The position numbers were made by a program, and so were the translations under genes. A stretch of DNA of 64,000 nucleotides from the NCBI GenBank assembly GCA_011525845.1, contig WYBP01000015.1, positions 46,723 to 110,722 of the forward strand, read 5' to 3'. Every line of letters starts with the position of its first letter. Position 1 is the first letter of the stretch. Shown here one piece after another: positions 18,913 to 28,773 of the stretch. This DNA is from Gemmatimonadaceae bacterium (lineage in GTDB: Bacteria > Gemmatimonadota > Gemmatimonadetes > Gemmatimonadales > Gemmatimonadaceae). Below the pieces are notes generated by a model, which was not told the origin of the DNA, searched no databases, and saw nothing but the letters and a program-made list of their open reading frames with translations.

Positions 18913-19295
18913 CACGCGTGACCGGAATCGGCGGGGTCTTCTTCAAGGCGAAGGACCCCAAGGCGCTCGGCGCCTGGTACAAGAAGCACCTCGGCTTCGA
19001 CGTGCAGGAGTGGGGAGGCGCCGCCTTCGCGTGGAAGGGGCCGCACAACCCCGAGGGCGTGGGAACGACCATCTGGAGCCCCTTCAAGGCGGACTCGGAC
19101 TACTTCGCGCCGAGTACCGCGCCGTTCATGATCAACCTGCGCGTGGCGGACCTGCACGCGCTGCTGAAGGTGCTGCGGAGCGAGGGCGTCAACGTGGTGG
19201 ACAAGGTGGACGAGTCGGAGTACGGGAAGTTCGGGTGGGTGATCGACCCCGAGGGGAACAAGCTCGAGCTCTGGCAGCCGCCGGAGGGGCAGTAG
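18909..19295 (+). CDS. VOC/glyoxalase-family protein
   Basis: VTGIGGVFFKAKDP..YGKFGWVIDPEGNKLELW; ATGA overlap with nhaA. Confidence 0.9.
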   Translation: MTRVTGIGGVFFKAKDPKALGAWYKKHLGFDVQEWGGAAFAWKGPHNPEGVGTTIWSPFKADSDYFAPSTAPFMINLRVADLHALLKVLRSEGVNVVDKVDESEYGKFGWVIDPEGNKLELWQPPEGQ

Positions 19296-19324
19296 GGCGT
19301 GCGCCGGAGCGCGGGAACGGCGCG

Positions 19325-20272
19325 ATGAGCGGATCGACGATCACGGCATCGATCGGCCGGACGCCGGTCGTGGAGCTGCGCCGCGTGGTGCGGGCGGGGA
19401 GCGCGCGCGTGCTCGTGAAGCTCGAGAGCCACAACCCCACGGGGAGCATGAAGGACCGGATGGCGCTCGCGGTGATCGACGGCGCCGTCGCCGCCGGCCG
19501 CCTCGACGCGACGGGCATGGTCGTCGAGTACACGGGCGGGAGCACCGGCACCTCCCTGGCCTTCGTCTGCGCCGCACGCGGCTTCGCCATCACGGTCGTC
19601 TCCTCCGACGCGTTCAGCCGCGAGAAGCGGGACCACATGCGGGCACTCGGCGCGCGGGTGATCGAGGTGCCGAGCGAGGGCGGGCGCACCACCAAGGCAC
19701 TCATCGAGCGGATGATCGCCGAGGCGCGCGCGCTGAGCGAGGGGCCGGGCCGGTTCTTCGCCGACCAGTTCAACAACCCGGATGCCGCCGCGGGATACGC
19801 GCCCCTCGCCGACGAGCTCTGGGAGCAGTCGGGCCATCGGCTCGACGCCTTCGTGCAGTCCGTGGGGACCGCGCAGTGCATCACCGGGGTGGCGCGGTCG
19901 CTCCGGGGCCGGAACGCGGCCACGCGGATCGTGGCCGTGGAGCCAGCGGAGTCGCCGGTGCTCGCGGGGGGCGCGGCCGGGGCACACAAGATCGAGGGCG
20001 TGGGGCCGGGGTTCGTGCCGCCGGTGTGGCGGCGCGACGTGGCGGAGGAGATCCTCGCGGTCTCCACAGAGGACGCCGTGCGGATGGCGCGGCGGCTGGC
20101 GCGGGAGGAGGCGATCTTCGGGGGCACATCGTCGGGCGCGAACGTGGTGGCCGCACTGCGCGTGGCGGAGCGGCTCGGTCCCACGAAGACCGTGGCGACG
20201 CTCATCTGCGACTCGGGGCTCAAGTACCTCTCGACGGAGCTCTGGGCGTCCGGCGAAGACGCCGCGCGATGA
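19325..20272 (+). CDS. PLP-dependent cysteine synthase-family protein
   Basis: IGRTPVV, KLESHNPTGSMKDR, GTSSGAN, DSGLKYLST. Confidence 0.9.
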   Translation: MSGSTITASIGRTPVVELRRVVRAGSARVLVKLESHNPTGSMKDRMALAVIDGAVAAGRLDATGMVVEYTGGSTGTSLAFVCAARGFAITVVSSDAFSREKRDHMRALGARVIEVPSEGGRTTKALIERMIAEARALSEGPGRFFADQFNNPDAAAGYAPLADELWEQSGHRLDAFVQSVGTAQCITGVARSLRGRNAATRIVAVEPAESPVLAGGAAGAHKIEGVGPGFVPPVWRRDVAEEILAVSTEDAVRMARRLAREEAIFGGTSSGANVVAALRVAERLGPTKTVATLICDSGLKYLSTELWASGEDAAR

Positions 20273-21018
20273 AGGTCGTCGTGGTCGGGGGCACCGGACT
20301 CATCGGCGCCCGGCTGGTGGAGCGCCTCCGTGCACGCGGTCACGACGCCCTGGCGGCCGCCCCCTCCCGGGGGGTGGACACGGTCACGGGCGCGGGCCTC
20401 GCAGAGGCGATGCGCGGCGCCGAGGTCGCCGTCGACGTATCGAACGCGCCGGCCTTCGAGGAGGAGGCGGTGCGCGCGTTCTTCGAGACGTCCGGGCGGA
20501 ACATCGTGCGAGCCGCCGGCGAGGCGGGCGTGCGGCACCTCGCCGCGCTCTCCGTGGTGGGCACCGACCGCCTGCAGGGGAGCGGATACTTCCGGGCGAA
20601 GGCCGCGCAGGAGCGGCTCTACGAAGCCGCGGGCCTCCCCTGCACCATCGTCCGCTCGACGCAGTTCTTCGAGTTCGCGCGCGCGATCGCCGACGCGTCC
20701 ACCGAGGGCGCCACGGTGCGGCTCCCGGCCGCGCGCGTGCAGCCGATCGCGGCGGACGACGTGGCGGAGCTGCTCGCGGAGGTCGTGGTCGGCACTCCGG
20801 TCGGCGGCACCGTGGAGATCGCCGGCCCGGAGGGGATGGGGCTCGACGAGTTCGCGCGCCGTTACCTTCAGTCCGTGGGGGATGCGCGCGCCGTGGTGCG
20901 CGATGACGAGGCGACCTACTTCGGGGCGCACCTCGACGCGGACAGCCTGGTGCCCGGATCGCGGGCTCGACTCGGACGCGTGCGATTCGCCGATTGGTTC
21001 ACCGCATCCAGACACTGA
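20269..21018 (+). CDS. NAD(P)-binding SDR/NmrA-like oxidoreductase
   Basis: VVVGGTGLIG Rossmann motif; GYFRAK; TQFFEF. Confidence 0.88.
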   Translation: MKVVVVGGTGLIGARLVERLRARGHDALAAAPSRGVDTVTGAGLAEAMRGAEVAVDVSNAPAFEEEAVRAFFETSGRNIVRAAGEAGVRHLAALSVVGTDRLQGSGYFRAKAAQERLYEAAGLPCTIVRSTQFFEFARAIADASTEGATVRLPAARVQPIAADDVAELLAEVVVGTPVGGTVEIAGPEGMGLDEFARRYLQSVGDARAVVRDDEATYFGAHLDADSLVPGSRARLGRVRFADWFTASRH

Positions 21019-21035
21019 CACCTCCCGGAGGCCCG

Positions 21036-21800
21036 ATGAAGTGGACGATGATCGCGCTCGGCGCGCTCGGCATCGCCGCCGCGCCCGCCGCGGCGATGCA
21101 GGCCGACACGCGCAGCACGCCCACCCTCCAGCTCGAGGTCGAGGGGGGCGCGCTCTGGCAGGGCCGGAACGACGTGCAGGTCCCCAACGACGCGGCCGGC
21201 ACGCGCTTCTCGCTCGTGGACGTGGCCGGCAGCGGCCCCTGGCCCGTGGCCCGGCTCTACGCCACCTGGAACATCAACGAGCGGCACGGCGTGAGGGTGC
21301 TGCTCGCACCGCTCCGGATCAGCGAGACGGGCGCACTCGACGCGCCCGTGGACTTCGCGGGCGGCACCTTCGCGACCGGCGTCCCCACCGAGGGCACCTA
21401 CCAGTTCAACTCCTGGCGCCTGACCTATCGCTACCGGTTCCACGACGGCGAGGACTGGCGGTGGTGGGTGGGCTTCACGGCCAAGGTCCGCGACGCGAAG
21501 ATCCGGCTCGAGCAGGGTCCCACGGCGGCCGAGAAGACGGACGTCGGCTTCGTGCCGCTGCTGCACGTGGCCGGTGTCCGGCGCATCAATGACCGCTGGT
21601 CGGCGGAACTCGACGTGGATGCGCTCGCCGGCGGGCCCGGGCGGGCGGAGGACGCGGCGCTCAAGCTGCGCTACGAGGTGAACCGACGCTGGAGCATCGC
21701 CGGCGGGTACCGCACGGTGGAGGGGGGCGCCGACGTGGACGAGGTATACGCCTTCGCCTGGCTCCACTACGCCGTGCTCTCGGCACGCGTGGCCTTCTGA
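21036..21800 (+). CDS. Exported protein, probable outer-membrane beta-barrel
   Basis: Signal peptide, alternating amphipathic strands, C-terminal Phe (VLSARVAF). Confidence 0.7.
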   Translation: MKWTMIALGALGIAAAPAAAMQADTRSTPTLQLEVEGGALWQGRNDVQVPNDAAGTRFSLVDVAGSGPWPVARLYATWNINERHGVRVLLAPLRISETGALDAPVDFAGGTFATGVPTEGTYQFNSWRLTYRYRFHDGEDWRWWVGFTAKVRDAKIRLEQGPTAAEKTDVGFVPLLHVAGVRRINDRWSAELDVDALAGGPGRAEDAALKLRYEVNRRWSIAGGYRTVEGGADVDEVYAFAWLHYAVLSARVAF

Positions 21801-21806
21801 CGCGAA

Positions 21807-21843
21807 GCGGCCGGCGGCGCGCATCCCGCGCACCGCCGGCCGC
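21807..21843. terminator. GC hairpin between convergent genes
   Basis: GCGGCCGGCGG (21807-21817) pairs with CCGCCGGCCGC (21833-21843) plus 4 inner base pairs; no U-tract. Confidence 0.5.
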
Positions 21844-21866
21844 CCCACGCACGAGGCGTCAGCGCC

Positions 21867-23219
21867 TCACATCGCGATCTTCTTCTTCTGCTGCTGGATC
21901 TTCACCATGTACTTCTCGAAGAAGAACTTCTGGATGTCCAGCATGTTGATCTCGCGGCCCTGGATGTAGGACTGCTCGATGTTCGACGTCATGTCGAGCG
22001 GCGTGCCGGTGGTGATGAGCAGCGTCGCCTCCTTCCCCACCTCGAGCGAGCCGACCTTGTCGCTCACTCCCATCATCTCGGCGGCGTTGATCGTCACCGC
22101 CTTGAGCGCCTCCTCCTCCGAGAGCCCGAAGGCCACGGCCACGCCGGCCTCCCAGGGGAGGCGGTTGCTGTAGAGCGCGCCCGAACCACCCGAGATCGCG
22201 ATCTTCACGCCGGCCGCGTGCAGCCGCGCCGGCATCGTGTACGCCCCGTCGTACCCCTCGTAGTTCCGGTCCGGCGCGGCCATGGTGGAGGTGAGGATCA
22301 CCGGCACGTTCTCCGCCTTGAGGCGGTCGGCCACGTGGATCGCATCGCGCCCACCGCGGATCACGAGGCGGAGCTTCTCCTCCTTGGCCCAGGTGATCGC
22401 GTCGTTGATCTGCGCCACCCCGTCCGCGGCGACGACCACCGGGATCGAACCGTCGAGCGCGGGCGCCATCGAGGCGTAGCGGGTGTCGGTGCGGACGACC
22501 TGCCCGGCCTTCACGGCGTCACGGTACGCGCGCGCCTCGGCGAAGAAGTCCTTGAGCTCCTGCACCTGCTCCGCATAGGTCTTCGGCGCGCGCTGCGGGC
22601 CACCCTGTCCGCCCGGAGGACCGCCACCGAATCGACGCGGACGCGCGTTGGGATCGGGCCAGTTCACGTTGAGCGCCGCAGCGCCCTTCATCGACATCTC
22701 CTCCCAGGTCCACCCCTCGAGCGACATCGCCGACGAGAGGCCCGAGATGACGCCGCCCCCCGGCGTGCTGAAGGCGACGAGGACGCCGGCCGAGCGCGTG
22801 GTGCCGATGTGCCGGCTCTCCGCGTTCACCGCGACGTCCGCGCGCACGTTCGGGTTGAAGTCCCCGATCTCGTTGACGTCGTTGGAGACGTCCACCGCGC
22901 CGATCTCCGAGATGCCGACCGTGCTGTAGGCGTCGATCAGCCCGGGATAGATGTGCTTGCCGGTGAGGTCCACCACCTTCGCGCCGGCGGGGATGGCGAG
23001 ATCCTTCCCGATGGCGCGGATGCGGCCGCCGTCGAGGACGATCGTCCCGTTCTCGATCACGCCGTTCGTCACGGTGTGGATGGTGGCCCCGCGCAGCACC
23101 ACCGCCTGCTCCTGCGGCGGCACGGTCATGCGCACCTGTGCGGTGGCGCTCCCGGCGAGCAGGGCGACGGCCGCGAGTGCGAGCGCCGGCTGCGTGATCC
23201 CCTTCAAGGTCGCGTTCAT
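21867..23219 (-). CDS. Secreted amidohydrolase-fold protein lacking the metal-binding HxH
   Basis: PGLIDAYSTVG in place of DxHxH; GSLEVGKEA C-terminal motif; signal peptide. Confidence 0.85.
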   Translation of the reverse strand: MNATLKGITQPALALAAVALLAGSATAQVRMTVPPQEQAVVLRGATIHTVTNGVIENGTIVLDGGRIRAIGKDLAIPAGAKVVDLTGKHIYPGLIDAYSTVGISEIGAVDVSNDVNEIGDFNPNVRADVAVNAESRHIGTTRSAGVLVAFSTPGGGVISGLSSAMSLEGWTWEEMSMKGAAALNVNWPDPNARPRRFGGGPPGGQGGPQRAPKTYAEQVQELKDFFAEARAYRDAVKAGQVVRTDTRYASMAPALDGSIPVVVAADGVAQINDAITWAKEEKLRLVIRGGRDAIHVADRLKAENVPVILTSTMAAPDRNYEGYDGAYTMPARLHAAGVKIAISGGSGALYSNRLPWEAGVAVAFGLSEEEALKAVTINAAEMMGVSDKVGSLEVGKEATLLITTGTPLDMTSNIEQSYIQGREINMLDIQKFFFEKYMVKIQQQKKKIAM

Positions 23220-23220
23220 G

Positions 23221-26200
23221 TCAGCGGCTCCCCTGCCCGGGCGCACGCGCCGGACGGTTGGTGGTCGGTGTCTCGGTGGCGCCGGCGGCGTGCACCGCCT
23301 GGATCAACTGCGTCCGCTGCTTCGCGATCTCCGCGCGCAGCACCGCGTCCTCCTCGAGCGAGAAGTAGCGGCGTCCATCGACCCACGTCTGCTCCGCCTT
23401 GGTGAACTGCGAGAGCGGGTTCCCGCTCCAGATCACGAAGTCGGCATCCTTCCCGGCCTCGAGCGAGCCCACCTTGTCCTCGATCTTGATGGCCTTCGCG
23501 GAGCCGTTCGTGACGGTCGAGAGTGCCTGCTCCTCCGTGAGTCCGGTGCGCAGGAGCTTCCCGGCCTCCCAGTTCATGCGGGTGGAGATCTCGGAGTCGT
23601 CCGAGTGGAGCGAGGTGACGACCCCCGCCTCGATCAGCAGGCGTGCGTTGTAGCCGGTGGCGTCGTACGCCTCGAGCTTGAACGCGCCCCAGTCGCTCCA
23701 GACGATCGCCGCCACGCCGGAGTTGGCCAGCTCGGTCGCGATCTTGTACGCCTCCACGCCATGCTGCAGCGTCTGGATGCGGAAGCCGAACTCCTCGGCC
23801 AAGCGCACCAGCGCCAGGAACTCGTCGGCGCGGTAGCCGTGCGAGGAGACGAGGAGCTTCTGGTTCAGGATGTCGAGCAGCGCCTCCATCCGCAGGTCCT
23901 TCCGCGGCGGGATGCCGGTCTTGTCCGACGCGTTCCAGCGCTTCCACTCCGCCTCGTAGTCGCGCGCGGCGCGGAAGTGGTCACGGATGATCTCCTGCGT
24001 GCCCATCCGCGTGTTCGGGTAGCGGTTCGGGCTGCGCTTGGGGTTCTCGCCGAGCGCGAACTTCACGGTGCGCGGGGCGCCCTGGATCTTCATGTCGTCC
24101 GGGAGCGAGCCCCAGCGGATCTTCACGTACACGTTCTCGCCGCCGATCGGGTTGGCGGAGCCGTGCTTGATCATCGTGCTGGTGAGCCCGCCGGCGAGCT
24201 GGCGGTAGAACCAGATGTTGTTGTGCGTGAGCACGTCCCCCATCTGCACCTCGGGGACGATCGCGAAGCCGCTCTCATTCACCGAGCTCACGCCCGAGTG
24301 CGTGTGCGGGTCGATCAGCCCCGGCGTGACATGCTTGCCGGTGCCGTCGATGACCGTCGCGCCGCTGGGCGCCGTGAGCCCCTTCCCGACCTGCACGATC
24401 TTGCCGGCGCGGACGAGGAGGTCGGCGTTCTCGAGCTTCCCCTGCGGCCCCTGCGTCCAGACGGTCGCGTTGCGCACGAGCACCACCGCGGGCTGCGGCG
24501 GCGGCGCGCTCCGGCCGTACTCCATGGAGGGACGCACGAACGGCAGGTCGATCGCGGGCACCTTCGCCGCCACCGCGCCGCGCGCCGGGCCCTCGTACTG
24601 CTCCGTGCGCGTGCCGCGGTAGGACGGGTCGGTGCCGTTCGGCAGGGACATCCACCCGAAGAACTCCTCGCCGCGCACCGAGCCGGAGAGGAGCACGGTG
24701 CCCTGGTACCCGAGCTGCTCACCATTGAAGGTGGCCTCGAGCCGCCCGGTCTCCGCGATGATGCGCGTGGAGGCGAGCGTGATCGGGCGTTGGTTCGGCG
24801 CCTCGATGGTGCCGCGGATGCGGTTCAGGGGTCCCTCGAGGCGGAGCGTCGCCGGGAAGGCCTCCTGGTCGTCGGTGGCGATGGTCCAGGTGCCGCGCGG
24901 GTCGATCTGCGGCGGACGCGTGACGCCGTACACGGTGCCCTGCACCCACACATCGCGGATGCTCGCCTCGGTGGTGAAGAGGTCACCGTCGGCGACCACG
25001 AGGTTCGCGACCTTGCCGACCGCGATCGTGCCGTGCGTGCGGTCGATCCCCAGCCATCCCGCGGGCACGGTGGTGAGCGAGGCCAGCGCCTTGTCCGGCG
25101 CGAGCCCGCGCGCGACCGCGATGCGGAGGTTCGGGAGGAACTGCGTGATCGAGGAGAGTCCGTCCGTGGTGATCGCGAACGGGATGCCCGCGGCCGAGAG
25201 CTGCGACGGGTTCGTGGGCGCGAGGTACCAGTGGCGGAGCTGTCCGAGCGTGGCGCCGAGCGCCGCCTCGGGGTTCGACACGTCGGGCGCGTCGGGGAAG
25301 TTGAGCGGGACGATCAGGGGCTGCGTGCGTCCCTTGAGCACGTCCACGAGGCGGTACTCCTGGCCGTTGCCGCGGTACCAGGACACGAGCTTGTACTCGG
25401 CGGCGAGCTTCTGGGCGCGGAGGTAGTCCTCCTCGCTCTCGGTCTGGAAGAGCACCGGCTGCTGCCCCTGCACCACTGGGCCGAGCGCGGCGAGCGCCTC
25501 GCTGGTCTCCGGCGGGAGGACGGAGCGACCGCCCTTCTCGTACGCGGCGCGGGCGCGGATGTACCACTCGGCGTCCATGAAGGTCTGCTTCATGAGGGCG
25601 ATGGTGCCCATCGACGAGTTGGGGTACATGCCTCCCAGGGCGAACGAGCGGTTGAATCCGATCGCCTGCACGAGGTCCGCGCGGAGCACGCGGTCACGGG
25701 CGCCGGCGTCGCCGAGGTTCACGACGGAGGCCTTGCCGCGGAAGATCCCCTGCTTCGGCACGACGAGCGCGGTGCCGAAGCCGAGCGAACGGAGCGCGGA
25801 GCGGCGGGTGCTGTCGTCCTTGAAGTTGGCAGTGGTGCTGTACCAGGCGCGGACCTGCGGGTTCCAGTGCGTGGGCCCGACGTCCCCGCCCTGCGGCACC
25901 GCATCCATGCCGAGGTCGGCGTGGGCGTCGATGAAGCCCGGGTAGACCGTCTGGCCGGCGAGCTGCCAGACGCGCGCCCCCGCGGGGGGCCGCACGTCAC
26001 GCCCGACGGCGGTGATGAGCCCGTTGCGGACGACGATGGTGGCGTTCTCGAGCACCTGGCCGGGCGCGGTGACGACCCGGGCGCCCACGAGTGCGTGGAA
26101 GCCGGTGCCGTTGTCGCGGAGGCCGGTGATGGGTTCGGTCCGGGAGGACTGCTGGGCGCCGACGCTGCCGGCGAGCAGCAGGGCGAGGCCCACGAGGGGA

Positions 26201-26274
26201 CGGATGACTCTCAAGTCGGACTCCCTTGCTGACGGCCGCGCGCGGCGCGGCCGGGTGGAGAAGAGGTGTGACAT
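23221..26274 (-). CDS. Secreted double amidohydrolase-domain protein
   Basis: Domain 1 PGFIDAHADLG; domain 2 PGLIDPHTHSG, HG, SLHSDD and GSLEAGKDAD. Confidence 0.88.
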   Translation of the reverse strand: MSHLFSTRPRRARPSARESDLRVIRPLVGLALLLAGSVGAQQSSRTEPITGLRDNGTGFHALVGARVVTAPGQVLENATIVVRNGLITAVGRDVRPPAGARVWQLAGQTVYPGFIDAHADLGMDAVPQGGDVGPTHWNPQVRAWYSTTANFKDDSTRRSALRSLGFGTALVVPKQGIFRGKASVVNLGDAGARDRVLRADLVQAIGFNRSFALGGMYPNSSMGTIALMKQTFMDAEWYIRARAAYEKGGRSVLPPETSEALAALGPVVQGQQPVLFQTESEEDYLRAQKLAAEYKLVSWYRGNGQEYRLVDVLKGRTQPLIVPLNFPDAPDVSNPEAALGATLGQLRHWYLAPTNPSQLSAAGIPFAITTDGLSSITQFLPNLRIAVARGLAPDKALASLTTVPAGWLGIDRTHGTIAVGKVANLVVADGDLFTTEASIRDVWVQGTVYGVTRPPQIDPRGTWTIATDDQEAFPATLRLEGPLNRIRGTIEAPNQRPITLASTRIIAETGRLEATFNGEQLGYQGTVLLSGSVRGEEFFGWMSLPNGTDPSYRGTRTEQYEGPARGAVAAKVPAIDLPFVRPSMEYGRSAPPPQPAVVLVRNATVWTQGPQGKLENADLLVRAGKIVQVGKGLTAPSGATVIDGTGKHVTPGLIDPHTHSGVSSVNESGFAIVPEVQMGDVLTHNNIWFYRQLAGGLTSTMIKHGSANPIGGENVYVKIRWGSLPDDMKIQGAPRTVKFALGENPKRSPNRYPNTRMGTQEIIRDHFRAARDYEAEWKRWNASDKTGIPPRKDLRMEALLDILNQKLLVSSHGYRADEFLALVRLAEEFGFRIQTLQHGVEAYKIATELANSGVAAIVWSDWGAFKLEAYDATGYNARLLIEAGVVTSLHSDDSEISTRMNWEAGKLLRTGLTEEQALSTVTNGSAKAIKIEDKVGSLEAGKDADFVIWSGNPLSQFTKAEQTWVDGRRYFSLEEDAVLRAEIAKQRTQLIQAVHAAGATETPTTNRPARAPGQGSR

Positions 26275-26406
26275 CGTAAGATGGTCCGGCGGTCCACTCG
26301 CGGCCACCCGCGGCAGGTGCGGATGCCGAACCTAAGTGCTACGCTTCCCGCCTCGCGGGCGTTGTGGCGCCCCGGATCGCCGTCCATCCCCCAGGGGAAT
26401 CGCCTG

Positions 26407-26952
26407 ATGAAGTCGACCGAGAAGGGCGCGCTGCTCAAGACGCTCGAGGCGCGGTTCGCTGCGCACCCGACGCGCCACAAGGGCGTTGCATGGACCGCCG
26501 TGCTCGCCCGCCTGGAGAAGGACCCCCGCGGCCTCGAGACGCTCCACGCCATGGAGAAGTCCGGCGGCGAACCGGACGTGGTGGCGGTGGACAAAAAGTC
26601 GGGCCGCGTCACCTTCTCTGATTGCGCCCCGGAGAGTCCCACCGGCCGCCGCAGCCTCTGCTTCGACAGGAAGGCGCTCGATGCCCGCAAGGCGAACAAG
26701 CCGAAGGGGAGCGCCATGGAACTGGCCGCGAAGATCGGGATCGAGCTGCTCACCGAGGAGCAGTACCGGCAGCTCCAGACCCTCGGCGAGTTCGACCTCA
26801 AGACGTCGAGCTGGGTGCGGACCCCGCCCGAGGTGCGGGCGCTCGGCGGCGCGCTCTTCTGCGACCGGCGCTTCGGGAAGGTCTTCGTCTACCACAACGG
26901 CGCGGAATCGTACTACGCCGCCCGCGGGTTCCGCGGGTCGGTGGTCATCTGA
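26407..26952 (+). CDS. DUF4256-family protein
   Basis: MEKSGGEPDVV..ESPTGRRSLCFD..FDLKTSSW..YHNGAESYYAARGFRG. Confidence 0.85.
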   Translation: MKSTEKGALLKTLEARFAAHPTRHKGVAWTAVLARLEKDPRGLETLHAMEKSGGEPDVVAVDKKSGRVTFSDCAPESPTGRRSLCFDRKALDARKANKPKGSAMELAAKIGIELLTEEQYRQLQTLGEFDLKTSSWVRTPPEVRALGGALFCDRRFGKVFVYHNGAESYYAARGFRGSVVI

Positions 26953-26971
26953 CCCAGGGGAGGAACAACCG

Positions 26972-27406
26972 ATGAAGGATGCACTCAGGACCACCGGCGC
27001 CGTCATCCTCGGCCTCGTCTGCGGCGGCGTGGTGAACATGGCGATCGTCCTCATCGGGCCGTCGATCGTGCCGCCCCCGCCGGGCGCGGACATGACGACG
27101 GTCGAGGGGCTCACCGCCGCGATGCCGATGCTCGAAGCGAAGCACTTCCTGATGCCCTTCCTCGCCCACGCGATGGGGACCTTCGTGGGGGCGCTCGTGG
27201 CCGTCCTGCTCACCCGCACGCATCGCGTGATCGCGGCGTCGGTGATCGGCGTGTTCTTCCTCGCGGGCGGGATCGCGGCCAGCCGGATGATCCCCGCTCC
27301 CACCTGGTTCATCGTGATGGACCTCGTGGGCGCGTACCTGCCGATGGCGTGGCTCGGACTCCTGCTCGCGGGAAGGCTCAAGCCGGCGGACGTGGCCCAA
27401 CGCTGA
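26972..27406 (+). CDS. Small 4-TM hypothetical membrane protein
   Basis: ATG after GGAGG; four hydrophobic segments; FLAHAMGT. Confidence 0.75.
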   Translation: MKDALRTTGAVILGLVCGGVVNMAIVLIGPSIVPPPPGADMTTVEGLTAAMPMLEAKHFLMPFLAHAMGTFVGALVAVLLTRTHRVIAASVIGVFFLAGGIAASRMIPAPTWFIVMDLVGAYLPMAWLGLLLAGRLKPADVAQR

Positions 27407-27461
27407 GCACCTTCAGCGCGTTGGACTGCCGAACGCGTCCCGCGACCCCAACCGCCCCGGC

Positions 27462-28730
27462 ATGTCAGGCCTGCTCCAGAAGCTCTTCAACATCCGGCAG
27501 GACGAGGTCGCGCCGACGATCGCCTCCGCGGCGTTCTTCTTCTGCGTCCTCACCGCGCTGATGGTCCTGCGGCCGGCGCGCGAGGCGCTCGGGATGCAGC
27601 GCGGGCTCGACGCCGTGCGCTGGCTCTTCATCGGCACCGCGGTGGTGACGCTCGCGGTGAACCCGGTGTTCGGGCTCCTGGTGAGCCGGATGCGGCGACT
27701 CCCGTTCATCGCCGCGACCTACGGGTTCTTCGCCGCCAGCCTGATGGTCTTCTATGGACTGCTGACGCTCGCCCCGCAGTCCGTGGGGGACGTGAGCGGG
27801 ATGGTGTTCTACGTCTTCTTCAGCGTCTTCAACTTCTTCTCCACGATGGTGTTCTGGGCGCTGATGGCGGACCGGTTCACGCTGGAACAGAGCAAGCGCT
27901 TCTTCGGCGTGGTGGCGGTCGGTGGCACGCTCGGCGCGATGTTCGGGCCCTGGCTCGCCCAGGTGCTGGCCCAACCCTTCGGCACGCCGGTCCTCCTGCT
28001 CGTCGCGGTGACCTTCCTGCTCCTCGCCATCGGGGCGGCCTGGCTCGTCACGCGCCTGCAGCCCGCCGCGACCGGTCGGCCGGTGGCCGCCGTGGACGAG
28101 GCGGTGATCGGCGGCAGCGCCTGGTCGGGGTTCCGCGCCTCGCTCACCTCGCCCTACCTGCTCGGCATCTCGGGGTACGTGCTCATCCTCGCGGTGGTCA
28201 CGACCTTCATCTACTTCACGCGGCTCGCGATGGTGGCCGCCGTCGGCACGGACCTCGACACCCGCACGACCGTCTTCGCGCAGATCGACCTGGCCACGCA
28301 AGCCTCGACGCTGGTCCTGCAGCTGATCGTCACGGGGCACCTGATGCGCCGCCTCGGGGTACCCCTCACGTTGGCGCTCCTGCCGATCGTCGTGGCGATC
28401 GGCTTCGCCGGGCTCTCGGCCGTGGGCACACTCGCGGCACTCGTGATCTTCGACGCCGTCTTCCGCGCGGTGCAGCGGGCGATCATGCGGCCGTCGCGCG
28501 AGACCCTCTTCACCGTGGTCAGCCGCGAGGACAAGTACAAGGCGAAGGCGTTCATCGACACCTTCGTCTACCGCACCGGCGACGTGGCCGGCGCCTGGAC
28601 CGAGGGGCTGCTCGGCCGCCTCGGCATGGGGCTCATGGCGCTCACCTCGCTGGCGATCCCGCTGGCCGTGGTCTGGGGCGCGCTGGGCATCTGGCTGGGA
28701 CGGGAACAGGCGCGCCGCGCCACGCAGTGA
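27462..28730 (+). CDS. MFS transporter, NTP/NDP exchange (TLC/Npt)-like
   Basis: FFFCVLTALMVLRPAREALG, FWALMADRF, RPSRETLFTVV..KYKAKAFIDTFVYRTGD. Confidence 0.8.
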   Translation: MSGLLQKLFNIRQDEVAPTIASAAFFFCVLTALMVLRPAREALGMQRGLDAVRWLFIGTAVVTLAVNPVFGLLVSRMRRLPFIAATYGFFAASLMVFYGLLTLAPQSVGDVSGMVFYVFFSVFNFFSTMVFWALMADRFTLEQSKRFFGVVAVGGTLGAMFGPWLAQVLAQPFGTPVLLLVAVTFLLLAIGAAWLVTRLQPAATGRPVAAVDEAVIGGSAWSGFRASLTSPYLLGISGYVLILAVVTTFIYFTRLAMVAAVGTDLDTRTTVFAQIDLATQASTLVLQLIVTGHLMRRLGVPLTLALLPIVVAIGFAGLSAVGTLAALVIFDAVFRAVQRAIMRPSRETLFTVVSREDKYKAKAFIDTFVYRTGDVAGAWTEGLLGRLGMGLMALTSLAIPLAVVWGALGIWLGREQARRATQ

Positions 28731-28773
28731 TCGACCGCTCCACACGACTGACGCACTCAACTCCGGAGGAACC

